A DNA stretch of 64,000 bases from Myxococcota bacterium. GTDB taxonomy: Bacteria > Myxococcota_A > UBA796 > CAJQPC01. Below the pieces are notes generated by a model that was given only the letters and a program-made list of their open reading frames with translations, ran no database searches and had not been told where the DNA came from. This document shows, piece by piece, positions 21,165 through 32,440 of this stretch; the first letter of the stretch is position 1, and every line of letters starts with the position of its first letter. The position numbers and the translations under genes are program-made. Location: positions 1 through 64,000 of the forward strand of contig DASCPX010000240.1 of assembly GCA_036012755.1 (NCBI GenBank), given 5' to 3'.

Positions 21165-23450
21165 TTGATCTCGCGTGAGCTCCAGATCACCTTGAACCTG
21201 GCGGTCAAGGAGGCGCACCGGCGCCGGCACGAGTTCCTGACGCTGGAACACGTGCTCTTCGCCTTGCTCCACGACACCCGCGGCAACGAGATCCTGCAAG
21301 CCTGCGGCGCCAACCGGAAGAAGCTGACGCAGGATCTCGAGACCTTCTTCTCCGAGTCGGTGGAGGTGCTGCCCGAGCAGGGCGACGAGGCCCCGGAACA
21401 GACCCTGGGCTTCCAGCGCACCATCCAGCGAGCCGCCTACCAGGTGCAGTCCAGCGGCCAGAAGGAGATGGACGCGGGGAACATCCTGGCGTCGATGTTC
21501 CGCGAGTCCGACAGCCACGCGGTCTACCTGCTCCAGCTGGAGGGGGTGACCCGGCTGGACGTGCTCAACTACATCAGCCACGGCATCAGCAAGGCCCAGG
21601 GAGCGCTCAAGAAGAAGCAGTCCACCGGCGACGGCGACGAAGAGGAGACCGCGACCCCCGAGAACCCGCTGGAGGCCTGGTGCGTCGAGCTGGTCGCAGA
21701 GGCCGCGGCGGGCAACCTCGACCCCCTCATCGGGAGGAACGTCGAGCTCGAGCGGACGGTGCACATCCTGGCCCGGCGTCGCAAGAACAACCCGCTCTTC
21801 ATCGGGGAACCCGGAGTCGGCAAGACAGCCATCGTCGAGGGCCTCGCCCAGCGCATCCACAAGGGCGACGTGCCCGAGATGCTACAGAGCTGCAAGATCT
21901 ACAACCTCGACATGGGCAGCCTGCTCGCCGGGACCCGCTTCCGTGGCGACTTCGAGGAGCGCTTCAAGGCGGTCATCGCCATCCTCGAGAAGGACCCGAA
22001 GGCCCTGCTCTTCATCGACGAGATCCACACGGTCATCGGGGCCGGCGCGACCTCGGGCGGCCAGATGGACGCCAGCAACATGCTCAAGCCGGCCCTCCAG
22101 AAGGGCAAGCTGCGCTGCATCGGCAGCACGACCTTCAAGGAGTACCGCCAGTCGATCGAGAACGACCGGGCCCTGGCTCGTCGCTTCCAGGCCGTCCAGG
22201 TCGCCGAGCCGACCCTGGACGAGACGGTGCTCATCCTGAAGGGGCTCCAGCCTGGCTACGAGAAGCACCACGGCGTGACCTACACCATCGACGCCATCGA
22301 CGCCGCGGCGAAGCTGAGCGACAAGCACATCCGCGACCGCTTCCTGCCGGACAAGGCGGTGGACGTCATGGACGAGGCCGGCGCTGAGATCCAGCTCGAC
22401 GAGAAGCGCGGCATCGTCGATGTCCACGTGGTCGAGGGCACCATCGCCCGCATGGCCAAGGTCCCGGCGAAGACGGTCTCGGCGTCGGAGCAGAAGCAGC
22501 TCGAGAACCTGGACGAACGTCTCAAGGCCGTCATCTTCGGCCAGGACCCGGCGGTCGACAGCGTCTCTACAGCCGTGAAGCTCAGTCGGGCTGGTCTCGG
22601 CCACCCGGAGAAGCCGATCGGGTCCTTCCTCTTCGCTGGTCCCACCGGCGTCGGTAAGACGGAGCTCGCACGCCAGCTGGCCTTCTCCATGGGCGTGGAG
22701 TTCTTGCGGCTGGACATGTCCGAGTACATGGAGAAGCACTCCGTGGCACGGCTCATCGGTTCTCCCCCCGGGTACATCGGCTACGACGACGGCGGCCAGC
22801 TCACCGACGCGGTGATGAAGAACCCCCACTCCGTGCTCCTGCTCGACGAGATCGAGAAGGCCCACCAGGACGTCTACAACATCCTGCTGCAGATCATGGA
22901 CCACGGGACCCTGACCGACAACCGGGGTCGCAAGTCGGACTTCCGCAACGTCGTCCTCATCATGACCACCAACGCCGGCGCGGCACAGATGGCCGGCAGG
23001 GGCCTCGGCTTCGTCGAGGGCAAGGCCAGCGACCGCGGCAAGACGGTGATGGAGAAGCGCTTCACGCCGGAGTTCCGCAACCGCCTCGACGCCATCGTCT
23101 GGTTCGACAAGCTGCCGATGAAGGCCATCCTCCGGGTCGTCGACAAGTTCGTCATCGAGCTGGAGGGCCAGCTCGCCGACCGCGACGTCACCTTCGACCT
23201 CTCAGAGCCCGCCCGTTCGTGGCTCGCCAAGGAAGGCTACGACGAGACGATGGGCGCCCGACCGATGGCGCGCATCATCCACGAGCACATCAAGCAGCCG
23301 CTGGCGGACGAGATCCTCTTCGGCCACCTCAAGAACGGGGGTCGGGTGAAGGTGGATCTCGCAGAGGACGAAAAGAGCCTGGTCTTCGAGTACCCGAAAA
23401 AGGCCATCGAGGCCAAGAAGCAGAAGGCCCTCCCAGGCCCGGTCGAGTAA
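21165..23450 (+). CDS. clpA: ATP-dependent Clp protease ATP-binding subunit ClpA
   Basis: HEFLTLEH N-domain and two AAA modules ([16 protein letters not shown]), no ClpB middle domain; TTG start after the clpS stop. Confidence 0.95.
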   Translation: MISRELQITLNLAVKEAHRRRHEFLTLEHVLFALLHDTRGNEILQACGANRKKLTQDLETFFSESVEVLPEQGDEAPEQTLGFQRTIQRAAYQVQSSGQKEMDAGNILASMFRESDSHAVYLLQLEGVTRLDVLNYISHGISKAQGALKKKQSTGDGDEEETATPENPLEAWCVELVAEAAAGNLDPLIGRNVELERTVHILARRRKNNPLFIGEPGVGKTAIVEGLAQRIHKGDVPEMLQSCKIYNLDMGSLLAGTRFRGDFEERFKAVIAILEKDPKALLFIDEIHTVIGAGATSGGQMDASNMLKPALQKGKLRCIGSTTFKEYRQSIENDRALARRFQAVQVAEPTLDETVLILKGLQPGYEKHHGVTYTIDAIDAAAKLSDKHIRDRFLPDKAVDVMDEAGAEIQLDEKRGIVDVHVVEGTIARMAKVPAKTVSASEQKQLENLDERLKAVIFGQDPAVDSVSTAVKLSRAGLGHPEKPIGSFLFAGPTGVGKTELARQLAFSMGVEFLRLDMSEYMEKHSVARLIGSPPGYIGYDDGGQLTDAVMKNPHSVLLLDEIEKAHQDVYNILLQIMDHGTLTDNRGRKSDFRNVVLIMTTNAGAAQMAGRGLGFVEGKASDRGKTVMEKRFTPEFRNRLDAIVWFDKLPMKAILRVVDKFVIELEGQLADRDVTFDLSEPARSWLAKEGYDETMGARPMARIIHEHIKQPLADEILFGHLKNGGRVKVDLAEDEKSLVFEYPKKAIEAKKQKALPGPVE

Positions 23451-23523
23451 GGCTCCGCGTCACACGGGCGCTCTACGCGGCGTAGGGAATCGGCAGCTAT
23501 ACTCCCGGCCCGAGGAGCCCGGA

Positions 23524-23949
23524 ATGTTCTTGTCGATCGCGCTGTCCTGCGCTGGCGATGACGCCCCGATCAACGACGCACCCTCGACGGTGACCCACGA
23601 CACGGGCCCGGATGATGTCGACGGTCCGATCATCCAGCACGACGGCGTGGACAGCCCGCAGTACGTCGGAGACGACATCTGGATCGAGGCCCGGATCCTC
23701 GACGCCGAGGGCTCGGTGCTGTTGGCTCAGCTGCTCTATCGGCGTCAGACGAGCCCCGACTTCGAGACCGCCGGCATGATCGCCGCGCCGGATCTGGGAG
23801 AGGACATGTACGAAGGCAAGATCCCGGACGACAAGCTCGGAAGTGCTGGAATGCACTACTACTTCTTCGCAGTGGACGCCTCGAACAACGATGCCGTCTA
23901 CCCGACCACGGCGCCGGACGAGTACTTCAAGTTCGACCTCACGGAGTAG
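23524..23949 (+). CDS. Hypothetical acidic lipoprotein
   Basis: LSC lipobox; TATACT and GAGGAG upstream. Confidence 0.7.
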   Translation: MFLSIALSCAGDDAPINDAPSTVTHDTGPDDVDGPIIQHDGVDSPQYVGDDIWIEARILDAEGSVLLAQLLYRRQTSPDFETAGMIAAPDLGEDMYEGKIPDDKLGSAGMHYYFFAVDASNNDAVYPTTAPDEYFKFDLTE

Positions 23950-23951
23950 CG

Positions 23952-25004
23952 ATGACCCTCTTGCTGGCCCTCGCCTGCGAGTCCGACCAGACCCTGATCT
24001 CGCACAACGACATCGAGGACGTCGTCATCGGCTACGGCGACGTGTCCGGAAGGGTCTGCGACCCCACCGGCTACACCTGGCTCGAAGGGGCCAGCGTCTA
24101 CGCGAACCTCTACGACAAGGCCGGATGGCTCGTCGACGTCAAGGTCACGACCACCGACATCTCCGGCTACTGGGCGCTGCGGGACCTCCCGGACTCCTCA
24201 GAGGTGGAGATCTTCGTCCAGAAGGGCACAGAGGTCGTGGAGAGCCACACCGTCACGGTCCGGGCCGGACGGGTCACCAAGGTGGAGGAGCCGGCCTGTC
24301 TCGACCCGCGCACCCTCGACATCGCGGTCATCAGCGGCAACTACGACGACTTCGACCGCGTGCTCGATCACATGGGCATCGTCGACTACGAGATCATCGA
24401 CGGCCTCGACCAGAACGAGCTCACCGACTTCCTGCTCAACCCAGAGGCGATGGCCGAGCACGACCTCTTGTTCTTCAACGGCGGCCACCTCGAAGAGGAC
24501 GTCATCTACACCACCGACGCTGACAACACCACGCCGGATCTGATCAAGGAGAACCTCCGCCAGTTCGTGCTCGACGGCGGCCACGTCTACGCCTCCGACT
24601 GGGCCTACGACGTCATCGTCCAGACCTGGCCGGACCAGCTGGACTTCCTCGGCGCAGAGGGCCTCCCCGACGACGCGCAGATGGGCACGACCCAGACCGT
24701 GAACGCGGCCATCTCGAACTACTCCCTCGGCGTGTTCATGGAGGACGACGACCAGTACCTGCCGATCACCTTCGACCTGCCCGTCTGGCCTCCAATGGTC
24801 AACGTGGGTCAGACGGTCAGCATCCACCTGACCGCCGACATCGAGTACCGCGAGAACGGCGTCGTGAACTACCAGGCCGGGAGCCCCCTGTTGGTCAGCT
24901 TCAACGGCGGCGGTGGCCGCGTGGTGTTCTCCTCCTTCCGCATGGTCGCGAACGACAACGAAGAGGTCATCAAGGTGATGAAGTACGTGATGTTCGCGCT
25001 GTAG
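23952..25004 (+). CDS. Hypothetical lipoprotein: carboxypeptidase-regulatory-like domain plus glutamine-amidotransferase-like domain
   Basis: LALAC lipobox, VSGRVCDP...GASV, FVLDGGHVYASDWAY, GGRVVFSSF. Confidence 0.65.
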   Translation: MTLLLALACESDQTLISHNDIEDVVIGYGDVSGRVCDPTGYTWLEGASVYANLYDKAGWLVDVKVTTTDISGYWALRDLPDSSEVEIFVQKGTEVVESHTVTVRAGRVTKVEEPACLDPRTLDIAVISGNYDDFDRVLDHMGIVDYEIIDGLDQNELTDFLLNPEAMAEHDLLFFNGGHLEEDVIYTTDADNTTPDLIKENLRQFVLDGGHVYASDWAYDVIVQTWPDQLDFLGAEGLPDDAQMGTTQTVNAAISNYSLGVFMEDDDQYLPITFDLPVWPPMVNVGQTVSIHLTADIEYRENGVVNYQAGSPLLVSFNGGGGRVVFSSFRMVANDNEEVIKVMKYVMFAL

Positions 25005-25094
25005 ATGCTCATCGCCTGTGCCGAGCCGACCCTGACCATCGGACACGGGCTCGCAAACGTCATCGACAGCGCCCTGGCCGTGGAGGTCCCTTGA
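25005..25094 (+). pseudogene. 29-codon ORF, possible internally deleted lipoprotein remnant
   Basis: MLIACAEPTLTIGHGLANVIDSALAVEVP fills the gap exactly, abutting the upstream stop and overlapping the next start (TTGA). Confidence 0.4.
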
Positions 25095-26011
25095 TCTGGC
25101 TGAGCCTCGCCTGCGAGTGCGGCGGCCCGGGCCCCGACTCCAACCCGGAGCCCTGGGAGCTCCCGGTGACCGGCGTCGGCGACTCCATGATGCTGTCGGC
25201 CTGGACCCACGGCGAGGAGATGCTCGTGGTCGGCGGAGGCTTCGGCGACGACGCCCACGGGGATCTGTTCCGCTACTCCGACGGCACGCTCTGCGTAGAG
25301 CACGCCGTCACCGAGCACACGCTCTGGTGGATCCACGGGGACGGGACTCAGTGGTGGGCGGTCGGGGAAGAGGGCACCGTGCTCCACTCCAGCGGCGAAC
25401 GCCGGGACATCGACACCGAGCTCACCCTCTACGGCGTCCACGTCGACGAGGCTGGCACCGTCTGGGTCGTCGGAGGAGACGTGAGCGAGGACCTCGGCGG
25501 GGTCTGGAGCTGGAACGGCGCTGACTGGGACACGCGGCTCGAGACCTCGGGGGTGATCTTCAAGACCTGGGACGGGCTCTTCGTCGGCGACAGCCAGACC
25601 TGGGTCCTCGACGGCGAGGACCTGGTGGACATCGGCACCGAGCACCGCCTCGTCACCATCCGGGACACCACCGCGGTCGGCGGCACTGGCAGCTCGCTGG
25701 TCGTGGAGTGGGACGGCGCCGGCTGGGAAGAGCAGGACACGCTCTACCTCAACGGCCCGCTCAACGGCCTCTACGAATACGACGGCGCGCTCTTCGTCGG
25801 CGGAAACGCCGGCACGATGGGCTACCGCTCGACGGAGGGCTGGGTGATCCCGGACTTCCCGCTCACGAGCGACACCTTCCACGCCGTGTGGGAGCACGAA
25901 GGGGTCGTCTGGTTCCTGGGCGGCAACTTCTTCTCCGCCGGGGACAACCACGCCACGATGGCGGCCTACGGAGATGCCCCCAGCGTCGAGACCGAGGAGT
26001 GCGCGCGCTGA
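25091..26011 (+). CDS. Hypothetical Trp-rich beta-propeller-like lipoprotein
   Basis: SLAC lipobox; repeated WAVG/WVVGG/FVGG blade-like motifs. Confidence 0.7.
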   Translation: MIWLSLACECGGPGPDSNPEPWELPVTGVGDSMMLSAWTHGEEMLVVGGGFGDDAHGDLFRYSDGTLCVEHAVTEHTLWWIHGDGTQWWAVGEEGTVLHSSGERRDIDTELTLYGVHVDEAGTVWVVGGDVSEDLGGVWSWNGADWDTRLETSGVIFKTWDGLFVGDSQTWVLDGEDLVDIGTEHRLVTIRDTTAVGGTGSSLVVEWDGAGWEEQDTLYLNGPLNGLYEYDGALFVGGNAGTMGYRSTEGWVIPDFPLTSDTFHAVWEHEGVVWFLGGNFFSAGDNHATMAAYGDAPSVETEECAR

Positions 26012-26018
26012 CGGGACC

Positions 26019-28070
26019 TCAGTGCGAGGTGCCCGGGACCACCACCACGATGTCGAGGGAATCGAGCAGGATCGTGTCGTCGCCGATGACGTCCAGGGTC
26101 ATCAGGAAGAACTGGTCCTCGCTCGTGGCGGGCACGGTGCCGAGGAAGTTCAGCGTGAAGTCCAGGGTCTCGATGCCCTCGTACTCGATGTCCTCGTAGT
26201 ACTCGGGGTCGATGGACTCGACCATGCCGTAGGTGTCGCCGGAGACCTCGAGGTGGATCTTGTTGAACTCCTGGGCGCTGACGAGCTGCTCGACGCCAAG
26301 GACGATGTTCTCCTTCAGCTCCGTGGCGAAGGAGGAGCCCGCCTGCGGGGCCTCGAAGACGAGCTCGTCGTCGACCTCGCCGTCTTCGTCGAGGTCCGCG
26401 AACGAGTTGGTCCGCTGGGCCAGGTCCATCATCTGGTCGTAGGGCGAGTACGTCGTGCTGCCGCTGTAGGAGCCGACGTTGATGCCGATGAGGTAGCCGC
26501 CGAGGTCCTCGAAGGCGGTCACGACGTCGTCGCTGCCAGCGTCGAAGGGGCAGCCGCCCGGGGTGGTCGTGAGCCCGCTGGTGCTGCCGCTGTAGTCCGG
26601 GTCGCGCATGTAGATGTCTGTCGCGTAGACGACGACGGGCAGCGAGTAGTCCCGGAAGCCGAAGCCCCCGCGAGTCCCGGTGCCTGTCACGGTGGAGTCG
26701 TACATGCCGGTCGCCGAGCCGGCGAAGGCGTCCCCGGCGTCCGCGATGAAGGGTGGGATGTCGGTGCTGGAGGTGTAGCTGCCGTCGCAGTTCTGGTCGT
26801 AGCCCATGCCCGTGGAGGCCTGGTACAGGGCCTCCATGTCCGACTCCTGCCCGTCGGCGCCGTTGTGCAGCTGGACGTTGGACAACGCCGTCTGCATCCC
26901 CGTCTCGCTCGTGGTGATCTGGGTGAGCAGGATGAAGGGCTTGTCCGGGGTGGAGCCCATCGAGCCGTAGTTGTAGTCGTCGAAGGTCGCGAGGCCGAAG
27001 GCGGCGTTCTCGAAGGTGTTCTCGAGCTCGCTGACGATCTCGCTGAAGCGGTCGGCGGTCGCCGAGATCGTGGACCCCATCGAGCAGGTGGTGTCCATCA
27101 TGAAGGCGATGTCGCCGTACTGGATCTTGGGCTCGAACTCGAAGACGTGCTCCTTGCTGGTGCGCTCTTCGACCTCGACGTAGACACCCTCGATGACGCT
27201 GTTGGCGTTCAGGGGATCAGTGCCGGCCGCGATCTCGGCGCCGTCGGTCTGGCCGTCCCCGTCCGAGTCGGAGTCGTAGGGCTCCGTCCCATAGACGTTG
27301 ACCTCGTCCCAGTCGGAGAGCCCGTCGCCGTCGGCGTCGAGGTCCTGGGAGTCGTAGGTGCCGTCGCCGTCGACATCGCTGGGCTCGCCGCAGCCGCCCG
27401 CGACCTGGCCTTCCTCTGTGTCGGCGAAGCCGTCGTCGTCGCTGTCGGTGTCACGGAAGTCGTAGGCGCCGTCGCCGTCGGTGTCGACAGGCTCGTCGCG
27501 GTAGGGCGTGGTCCCTCCCTCCCACATGTCGCAGAGCAGGTCGTTGTCCGAGTCCTCGTCCATGAAGTCGGCGACCGTGTCGTAGTCGGTGTCGACGGGG
27601 GCGCCGGGGATGGTGATCTCCCAGGTGTCGAGGATGGCGTCGCCGTCGTTGTCGAAGTCCCGGTAGTCCTCGACGCCATCGCCGTCGGTGTCCACACCCT
27701 TCTTCGGCAGGTCGCCGGACTCCTCGGCGTCGAGGACCGCGTTGCCGTCGCTGTCGAGATCGAGGAAGTCCGACGTGCCGTCGCCGTCGGTGTCGAAGGG
27801 CATCGTGTCGGAGAGGCCGTCGCCGGCCTCGTTCTCGTCGAGGATGCCGTCGCCGTCGCTGTCTTTGTCGAGGTAGTTGGGCGTGCCGTCCCCGTCGGCG
27901 TCGTCGGTCTCCGCGCCCTCGTGCATGTCGAGGATCGTGTCCCCGTCGGCGTCGTTGTTGGCCACGACCGCTTCGGAGTCGACTCCTCCGCTGTCATCGA
28001 CCTCGTCGCCCTTGTCCAGGCACCCGACCAGGCCGATCAGGCCGACGAAAGCAAGCACAGCCCGACTCAT
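26019..28070 (-). CDS. Lipoprotein with thrombospondin-3-like Ca-binding repeats and vWA domain (CglD-like architecture)
   Basis: LVGC lipobox, many DTDGDG.PDxxDxDSD repeats, MIDAS-like DTTCSM. Confidence 0.8.
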   Translation of the reverse strand: MSRAVLAFVGLIGLVGCLDKGDEVDDSGGVDSEAVVANNDADGDTILDMHEGAETDDADGDGTPNYLDKDSDGDGILDENEAGDGLSDTMPFDTDGDGTSDFLDLDSDGNAVLDAEESGDLPKKGVDTDGDGVEDYRDFDNDGDAILDTWEITIPGAPVDTDYDTVADFMDEDSDNDLLCDMWEGGTTPYRDEPVDTDGDGAYDFRDTDSDDDGFADTEEGQVAGGCGEPSDVDGDGTYDSQDLDADGDGLSDWDEVNVYGTEPYDSDSDGDGQTDGAEIAAGTDPLNANSVIEGVYVEVEERTSKEHVFEFEPKIQYGDIAFMMDTTCSMGSTISATADRFSEIVSELENTFENAAFGLATFDDYNYGSMGSTPDKPFILLTQITTSETGMQTALSNVQLHNGADGQESDMEALYQASTGMGYDQNCDGSYTSSTDIPPFIADAGDAFAGSATGMYDSTVTGTGTRGGFGFRDYSLPVVVYATDIYMRDPDYSGSTSGLTTTPGGCPFDAGSDDVVTAFEDLGGYLIGINVGSYSGSTTYSPYDQMMDLAQRTNSFADLDEDGEVDDELVFEAPQAGSSFATELKENIVLGVEQLVSAQEFNKIHLEVSGDTYGMVESIDPEYYEDIEYEGIETLDFTLNFLGTVPATSEDQFFLMTLDVIGDDTILLDSLDIVVVVPGTSH

Positions 28071-28177
28071 GGATCACCTCGAAAGCGGACGAAGTCTACC
28101 ACCGCCTACGCGGCATCGCGGGACCGTGTGACAGCCCGTCGTCCGGACCACCGAGCCCCCTGCTAACTTCTCTGCGA

Positions 28178-31100
28178 GTGCCGCTGAACAAGACCCGTCT
28201 CGGAAGCTTCACCCTCCGGCATGTCATCGGCTCCGGCGGCATGGCCGAGGTCTGGCGGGGCGTGCACGTGGTCCGCGCCGTGCCTGTCGCGGTGAAGGTC
28301 ATGACCGGCGACAAGGCTCGGGGCTCGAAGTACCGCGAGATGTTCGACAACGAGGTCCGAGCGATGGCTGGCCTCGAACACCCCGGCATCGCTCACGTCT
28401 ACGACTACGGCGTGGTCGATCGCGACGCCCAGCGCTCATCGCGGGGGCGCCTGGTGGCCGGGAGTCCCTTCCTCGTCATGGAGCTGGCGGGCGGCGGCAC
28501 CCTCGCGCGCCTGCCGGGTCCCACCCCGTTCTCGGAGATCAAGCGCATCCTCCGTGCCCTGCTCGATGCCCTGGCCCACGCCCACGCCCGGGGAGTGGTC
28601 CACCGCGACCTGAAGCCCGCGAACATCCTGATCTGCTCGGACGGGAATCTCCGCCCGGGTCTCAAGCTGGCGGACTTCGGCCTCGCACACCCGATCGAGA
28701 CCCAGGCGGGCTCCAGGCGCATCAGCGGCACGCCGCACTTCATGGCGCCCGAGCAGTTCAAGGGCGCCTGGCGCGACTACGGGCCCTGGACCGATCTCTA
28801 CGCGCTGGGCGTGCTCGCCTACCACCTGGTGACCGGAATCCTGCCCTTCCCGTGGGAGACCTTCCAGGAGCTGAGGACGGCCCACCTCGAAGAAGAGCCG
28901 ACCCCGATGCAGCCTCGGGTGCCGGTCCCCGATGGCTTCGGGGATTGGGTCGGCCGCCTCCTGATGAAGCAGCCCTCACGCCGATACCGCCGCGCTGCGG
29001 ACGCTGCCTGGGACCTCGATGGTCTCGCCGAGGTCCCCGACGGTGTCCTCACCACCGCCGACTTCGACATCACGGTCTCCTGCTCGATCCTCACCCAGAG
29101 CCACACGCTGGTGGAGCTCATCCAGGAGACCGGGGAGATCACCGACGACCTGCCGGTGGAGACCGGCGCCGGGCCGCCGATCCTCCCGAGCTGGCGACGT
29201 CCGGACGAACTGCCGGCGCTGGACGCGCTCGCGGCAGGGCCCGGCCTCGTGGGGCTGCGAACGTTGCCCTTCGTCGGCCGCGAGACCGAGCGCGACCGTA
29301 TCTGGGAGGGCCTGCGCGAGGTCCGCGAGCTGCGTCGGCCACGACTGATCTGGGTCAGCGGACCCGCCGGGGTCGGAAAGCGGCGGCTGGTTCGCTGGAT
29401 GTGCGAGCGGGCTCACGAGCTCGGCGCCGCGACCGTGTTGCGGGCGACCCACAACCGCATTCATGGCCCCTCCGACGGGGTCGCCGGCATGCTCGGCCGC
29501 ATGTTCCGCTGCCCGGGTCTGCCCCGGGGCAGCATCCTCCCCCGGACCCGGCGCAGCCTGCTCAGCCTGGGCCTGGGCGACCCGGCCGACTGGGAGGACG
29601 TGGCCGAGATCATCCTGTCGGGGACCGACCAACAGGCTCACGTCACGCGCCCGCGGGAGCGCCACAGCCTGGTCGAGCGCCTGCTGCGAGCCCGCTCCGA
29701 GATCCGCCCTCTCATCGTCTGGATCGAGGACGTCCAGTGGGGGCCGGACGCGCTGGACTGCGCACGCTTCCTCCTGAGTGCAGAGACCCCGAGCCCCATC
29801 CTGCTGCTGCTCTCGGGCCGCGGGGACCCCGGCGGCCGGGTCGACGAGCTCCTCGCGGAGCTGGTCCAGGATCCCGCGGCAGAGCGCATCCAGCTCGGCC
29901 AGCTGGAGACGATCCACCAGCGCAAGCTGGTCAAGCGTCTCCTCGGCCTCGAGCCGGGTCTCGCCGAGCAGGTCATCGCCCGCACCGACGGCACGCCCCT
30001 GTTCGCGGTCCAGCTGGTAGGGGACTGGGTCGCTCGGGGACAGCTGGTGCCTTCGCCGAGCGGCTTCGTCCTCGCACCGGGGGCCGACGCCGAGCTCCCG
30101 GACGACGTCCACGAGCTCTTCGTCAAGCGCCTGCAGCGGGTCCTCGGCGATGACCCGCGGGCCATCGAGGCCCTCGAGCTGGCGGCGGTCCTCGGGCGTC
30201 GGGCGGAGGAGGCCGAGTGGCGCGCAGCCTGCTGGCATGGTGGCGCGGTGATCCGGCCGGACCACGTGAGGCGCCTGGTCGGCGCCGGGCTGCTCGCTCA
30301 CGAGGCCGAGGGTGAAGGTCAGGCCTGGACCTTCGAGCACACGATGCTGCGTGAGAGCCTCGAGCGTGGTGCTCGCGAGGGCGCGCGAGTGGCCCGCTGG
30401 CACCGAGCCTGCGCGGAGGCGATCTCGGAGCTCTACGCGCCAGAGGTCCCCGGCTCTCGAGAGCGCATCGCACGCCACCTCTTCGCAGCCGGGGACCACA
30501 GCGAGGCGATCCCTGCCCTCGTCGACGCGATCCACGAGGCCCGGACCTACGCGGAGTACCCGGCCGGACTCCGCCTGCTCGATGTCCTCGACACCGCCCT
30601 GGACGAAGCTGCGGTGGCGGTCCACGACCCGCGCCGCGGGCAGGCCAACGTCCTCCGCGCGACCCTGTTGCGCTACCAGGGGCGCTTCGACGAGGCCCGC
30701 CGCCTGGCCGAGCAGCTGGAGAGCGAGGCCCAGCTCTATGGCTGGCCCGATGTGGCAGCCCGCGCGATCGAGCTCTTGGGCAACCTCTCGCGCATCACCC
30801 GAAACCTGCCCCAGGCTCGGGCGCAGCTGGAGGCGGCGCTGCTGATGTTCCGCGATCTGGGTGACCCCTCCGGCACGGGGACCGCGCTCCTCGGCGTCGC
30901 GGCGGTGCTCTGGCAGATGGACCAGCTGGAAGAGGCCGAGGAGCTCTTCCAGCTCTCCCTGGCGCACCATCGCGAGCACGACAAGATCAGCGGCATCGCC
31001 GACAGCCTCAACGGGCTCGCCGAGCTCGCCCGGACACGAGGCCACCTGGAAGAGGCCGAGGGGCTCTACCTGGAGGCCATGGAGCTGCACCACGTCGCCA

Positions 31101-31513
31101 AGAGCGGCATCGAGATGGTCGTGCGCCTGAACCTCTGCCTCGTGCGCATCCTGCAGGGTCGCTACGACGACGTGGTCGAGGACCTGCGGGCCTGCCTCGT
31201 GCAGTTCGAGCGCCAGGGCCGCAAGACCTACATGGGCGCCGTCCACCTCTTGTTGCTGCCCGCCTGCTGCCAGCGCGAGGACTGGGAGGCCTGGGACGAT
31301 CACTACGGCCGTGGACTCGGGCTGCTCACCCAGAGCGGCATGATCGACAAGGACATCGCCTGGCCGGCCCAGCTCGCAGGAGACCTCGCCGCCGAGCACG
31401 GCCAGCCCCAGCGCGCCTGGCAGGCGTACGTGCTCGCGCGCCAGCAGTGGCTGGCTATCGGCAACGAAGAGCGGGCGAAGATCGCCCAGGAGTCGATGCG
31501 CGCCGTGAGCTGA
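28178..31513 (+). CDS. Ser/Thr kinase fused to STAND-like AAA ATPase and TPR repeats
   Basis: IGSGGMAEVW, HRDLKPAN, DFG, APE; FVGRETE, GPAGVGK, IEDVQW; C-terminal TPRs. Confidence 0.92.
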   Translation: MPLNKTRLGSFTLRHVIGSGGMAEVWRGVHVVRAVPVAVKVMTGDKARGSKYREMFDNEVRAMAGLEHPGIAHVYDYGVVDRDAQRSSRGRLVAGSPFLVMELAGGGTLARLPGPTPFSEIKRILRALLDALAHAHARGVVHRDLKPANILICSDGNLRPGLKLADFGLAHPIETQAGSRRISGTPHFMAPEQFKGAWRDYGPWTDLYALGVLAYHLVTGILPFPWETFQELRTAHLEEEPTPMQPRVPVPDGFGDWVGRLLMKQPSRRYRRAADAAWDLDGLAEVPDGVLTTADFDITVSCSILTQSHTLVELIQETGEITDDLPVETGAGPPILPSWRRPDELPALDALAAGPGLVGLRTLPFVGRETERDRIWEGLREVRELRRPRLIWVSGPAGVGKRRLVRWMCERAHELGAATVLRATHNRIHGPSDGVAGMLGRMFRCPGLPRGSILPRTRRSLLSLGLGDPADWEDVAEIILSGTDQQAHVTRPRERHSLVERLLRARSEIRPLIVWIEDVQWGPDALDCARFLLSAETPSPILLLLSGRGDPGGRVDELLAELVQDPAAERIQLGQLETIHQRKLVKRLLGLEPGLAEQVIARTDGTPLFAVQLVGDWVARGQLVPSPSGFVLAPGADAELPDDVHELFVKRLQRVLGDDPRAIEALELAAVLGRRAEEAEWRAACWHGGAVIRPDHVRRLVGAGLLAHEAEGEGQAWTFEHTMLRESLERGAREGARVARWHRACAEAISELYAPEVPGSRERIARHLFAAGDHSEAIPALVDAIHEARTYAEYPAGLRLLDVLDTALDEAAVAVHDPRRGQANVLRATLLRYQGRFDEARRLAEQLESEAQLYGWPDVAARAIELLGNLSRITRNLPQARAQLEAALLMFRDLGDPSGTGTALLGVAAVLWQMDQLEEAEELFQLSLAHHREHDKISGIADSLNGLAELARTRGHLEEAEGLYLEAMELHHVAKSGIEMVVRLNLCLVRILQGRYDDVVEDLRACLVQFERQGRKTYMGAVHLLLLPACCQREDWEAWDDHYGRGLGLLTQSGMIDKDIAWPAQLAGDLAAEHGQPQRAWQAYVLARQQWLAIGNEERAKIAQESMRAVS

Positions 31514-31589
31514 GTGAGCTCGCGACAGCCTTTTCACAGGCCGGGGTGGACGGTTGAACTAAGTTCCCCGCGCACCAGCTGGAGACCCC

Positions 31590-32405
31590 ATGAGCGAGAT
31601 CCTCATGAAGGCGCTGCCCATAGGACTCGGCGCCCTCGTCGTCGGAAGCGGCCTCGGCTACGGGCTGCACGCCCTGCTCTCGGACCCGGTCGAGGTCATC
31701 GTCAGCGAGCCTCAGATCGTCAAGCAGGAGCTCACCGACGAGGAGCTCCTCGCCTTCTGCGACGACCAGATCAACCCGGAGCGGGTCAGGGCCGAGGACG
31801 CCCATGCCAAAGTCCTCGATCTCCAGGCCCAGCTCGACGCTCGGGAGGCCGAGCTCAAGTCGATGAAGTCCCAGGACGAAAAGGACGACGTCCGCCGGGC
31901 CGCTGCTGCGAAGAAGTGGAAGGAGATGGAGGTCGAGATCGAGGATCTCAAGACCCAGCTCGAGGTCGCCGAGATCGAGCGCGACGAGGCCCTGGTCGAG
32001 CTCAAGGAGACCGTGGTCGCCCTGGAGAAGCAGATCAAGGAGACCGAGAAGCAGCGCGTGCGCGCCGAGCGTTTCCGCGACGAGTCCCACCAGAACCTCT
32101 GGACCACCTTCCTGGCCGAGTCGAAGGTCTCGATCTGCGGCTGGGGCACCCCAGGCCGCCTCGACAAGTGCCAGGAGGCCGTGGAGTCCGCCCTGGTCAG
32201 CGAGGTCAAGGGCCCCTTCATGGAGTGCGTGGACGCCCAAGCAGCCACGCCGATCCTCCGCAAGGCCGAGCGCAAGGAAGACCTCCCCCGCTTCGCCGTG
32301 GAGCTCTCCGACGACAGCCGCTTCACGAAGCGCGGCTGGTACATCCAGTTCTGCGACCCGACGCTGCCGGAAGCGGATTTCCTGGATGATTTCGAGGACA
32401 TATAG
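31590..32405 (+). CDS. Hypothetical membrane-anchored coiled-coil protein
   Basis: N-terminal TM, long E/K-rich heptads, Cys-containing C-domain; GGAG RBS. Confidence 0.75.
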   Translation: MSEILMKALPIGLGALVVGSGLGYGLHALLSDPVEVIVSEPQIVKQELTDEELLAFCDDQINPERVRAEDAHAKVLDLQAQLDAREAELKSMKSQDEKDDVRRAAAAKKWKEMEVEIEDLKTQLEVAEIERDEALVELKETVVALEKQIKETEKQRVRAERFRDESHQNLWTTFLAESKVSICGWGTPGRLDKCQEAVESALVSEVKGPFMECVDAQAATPILRKAERKEDLPRFAVELSDDSRFTKRGWYIQFCDPTLPEADFLDDFEDI

Positions 32406-32440
32406 GCCGACCGGCCGCCGCACCGGCCAGGACGGTGGGG

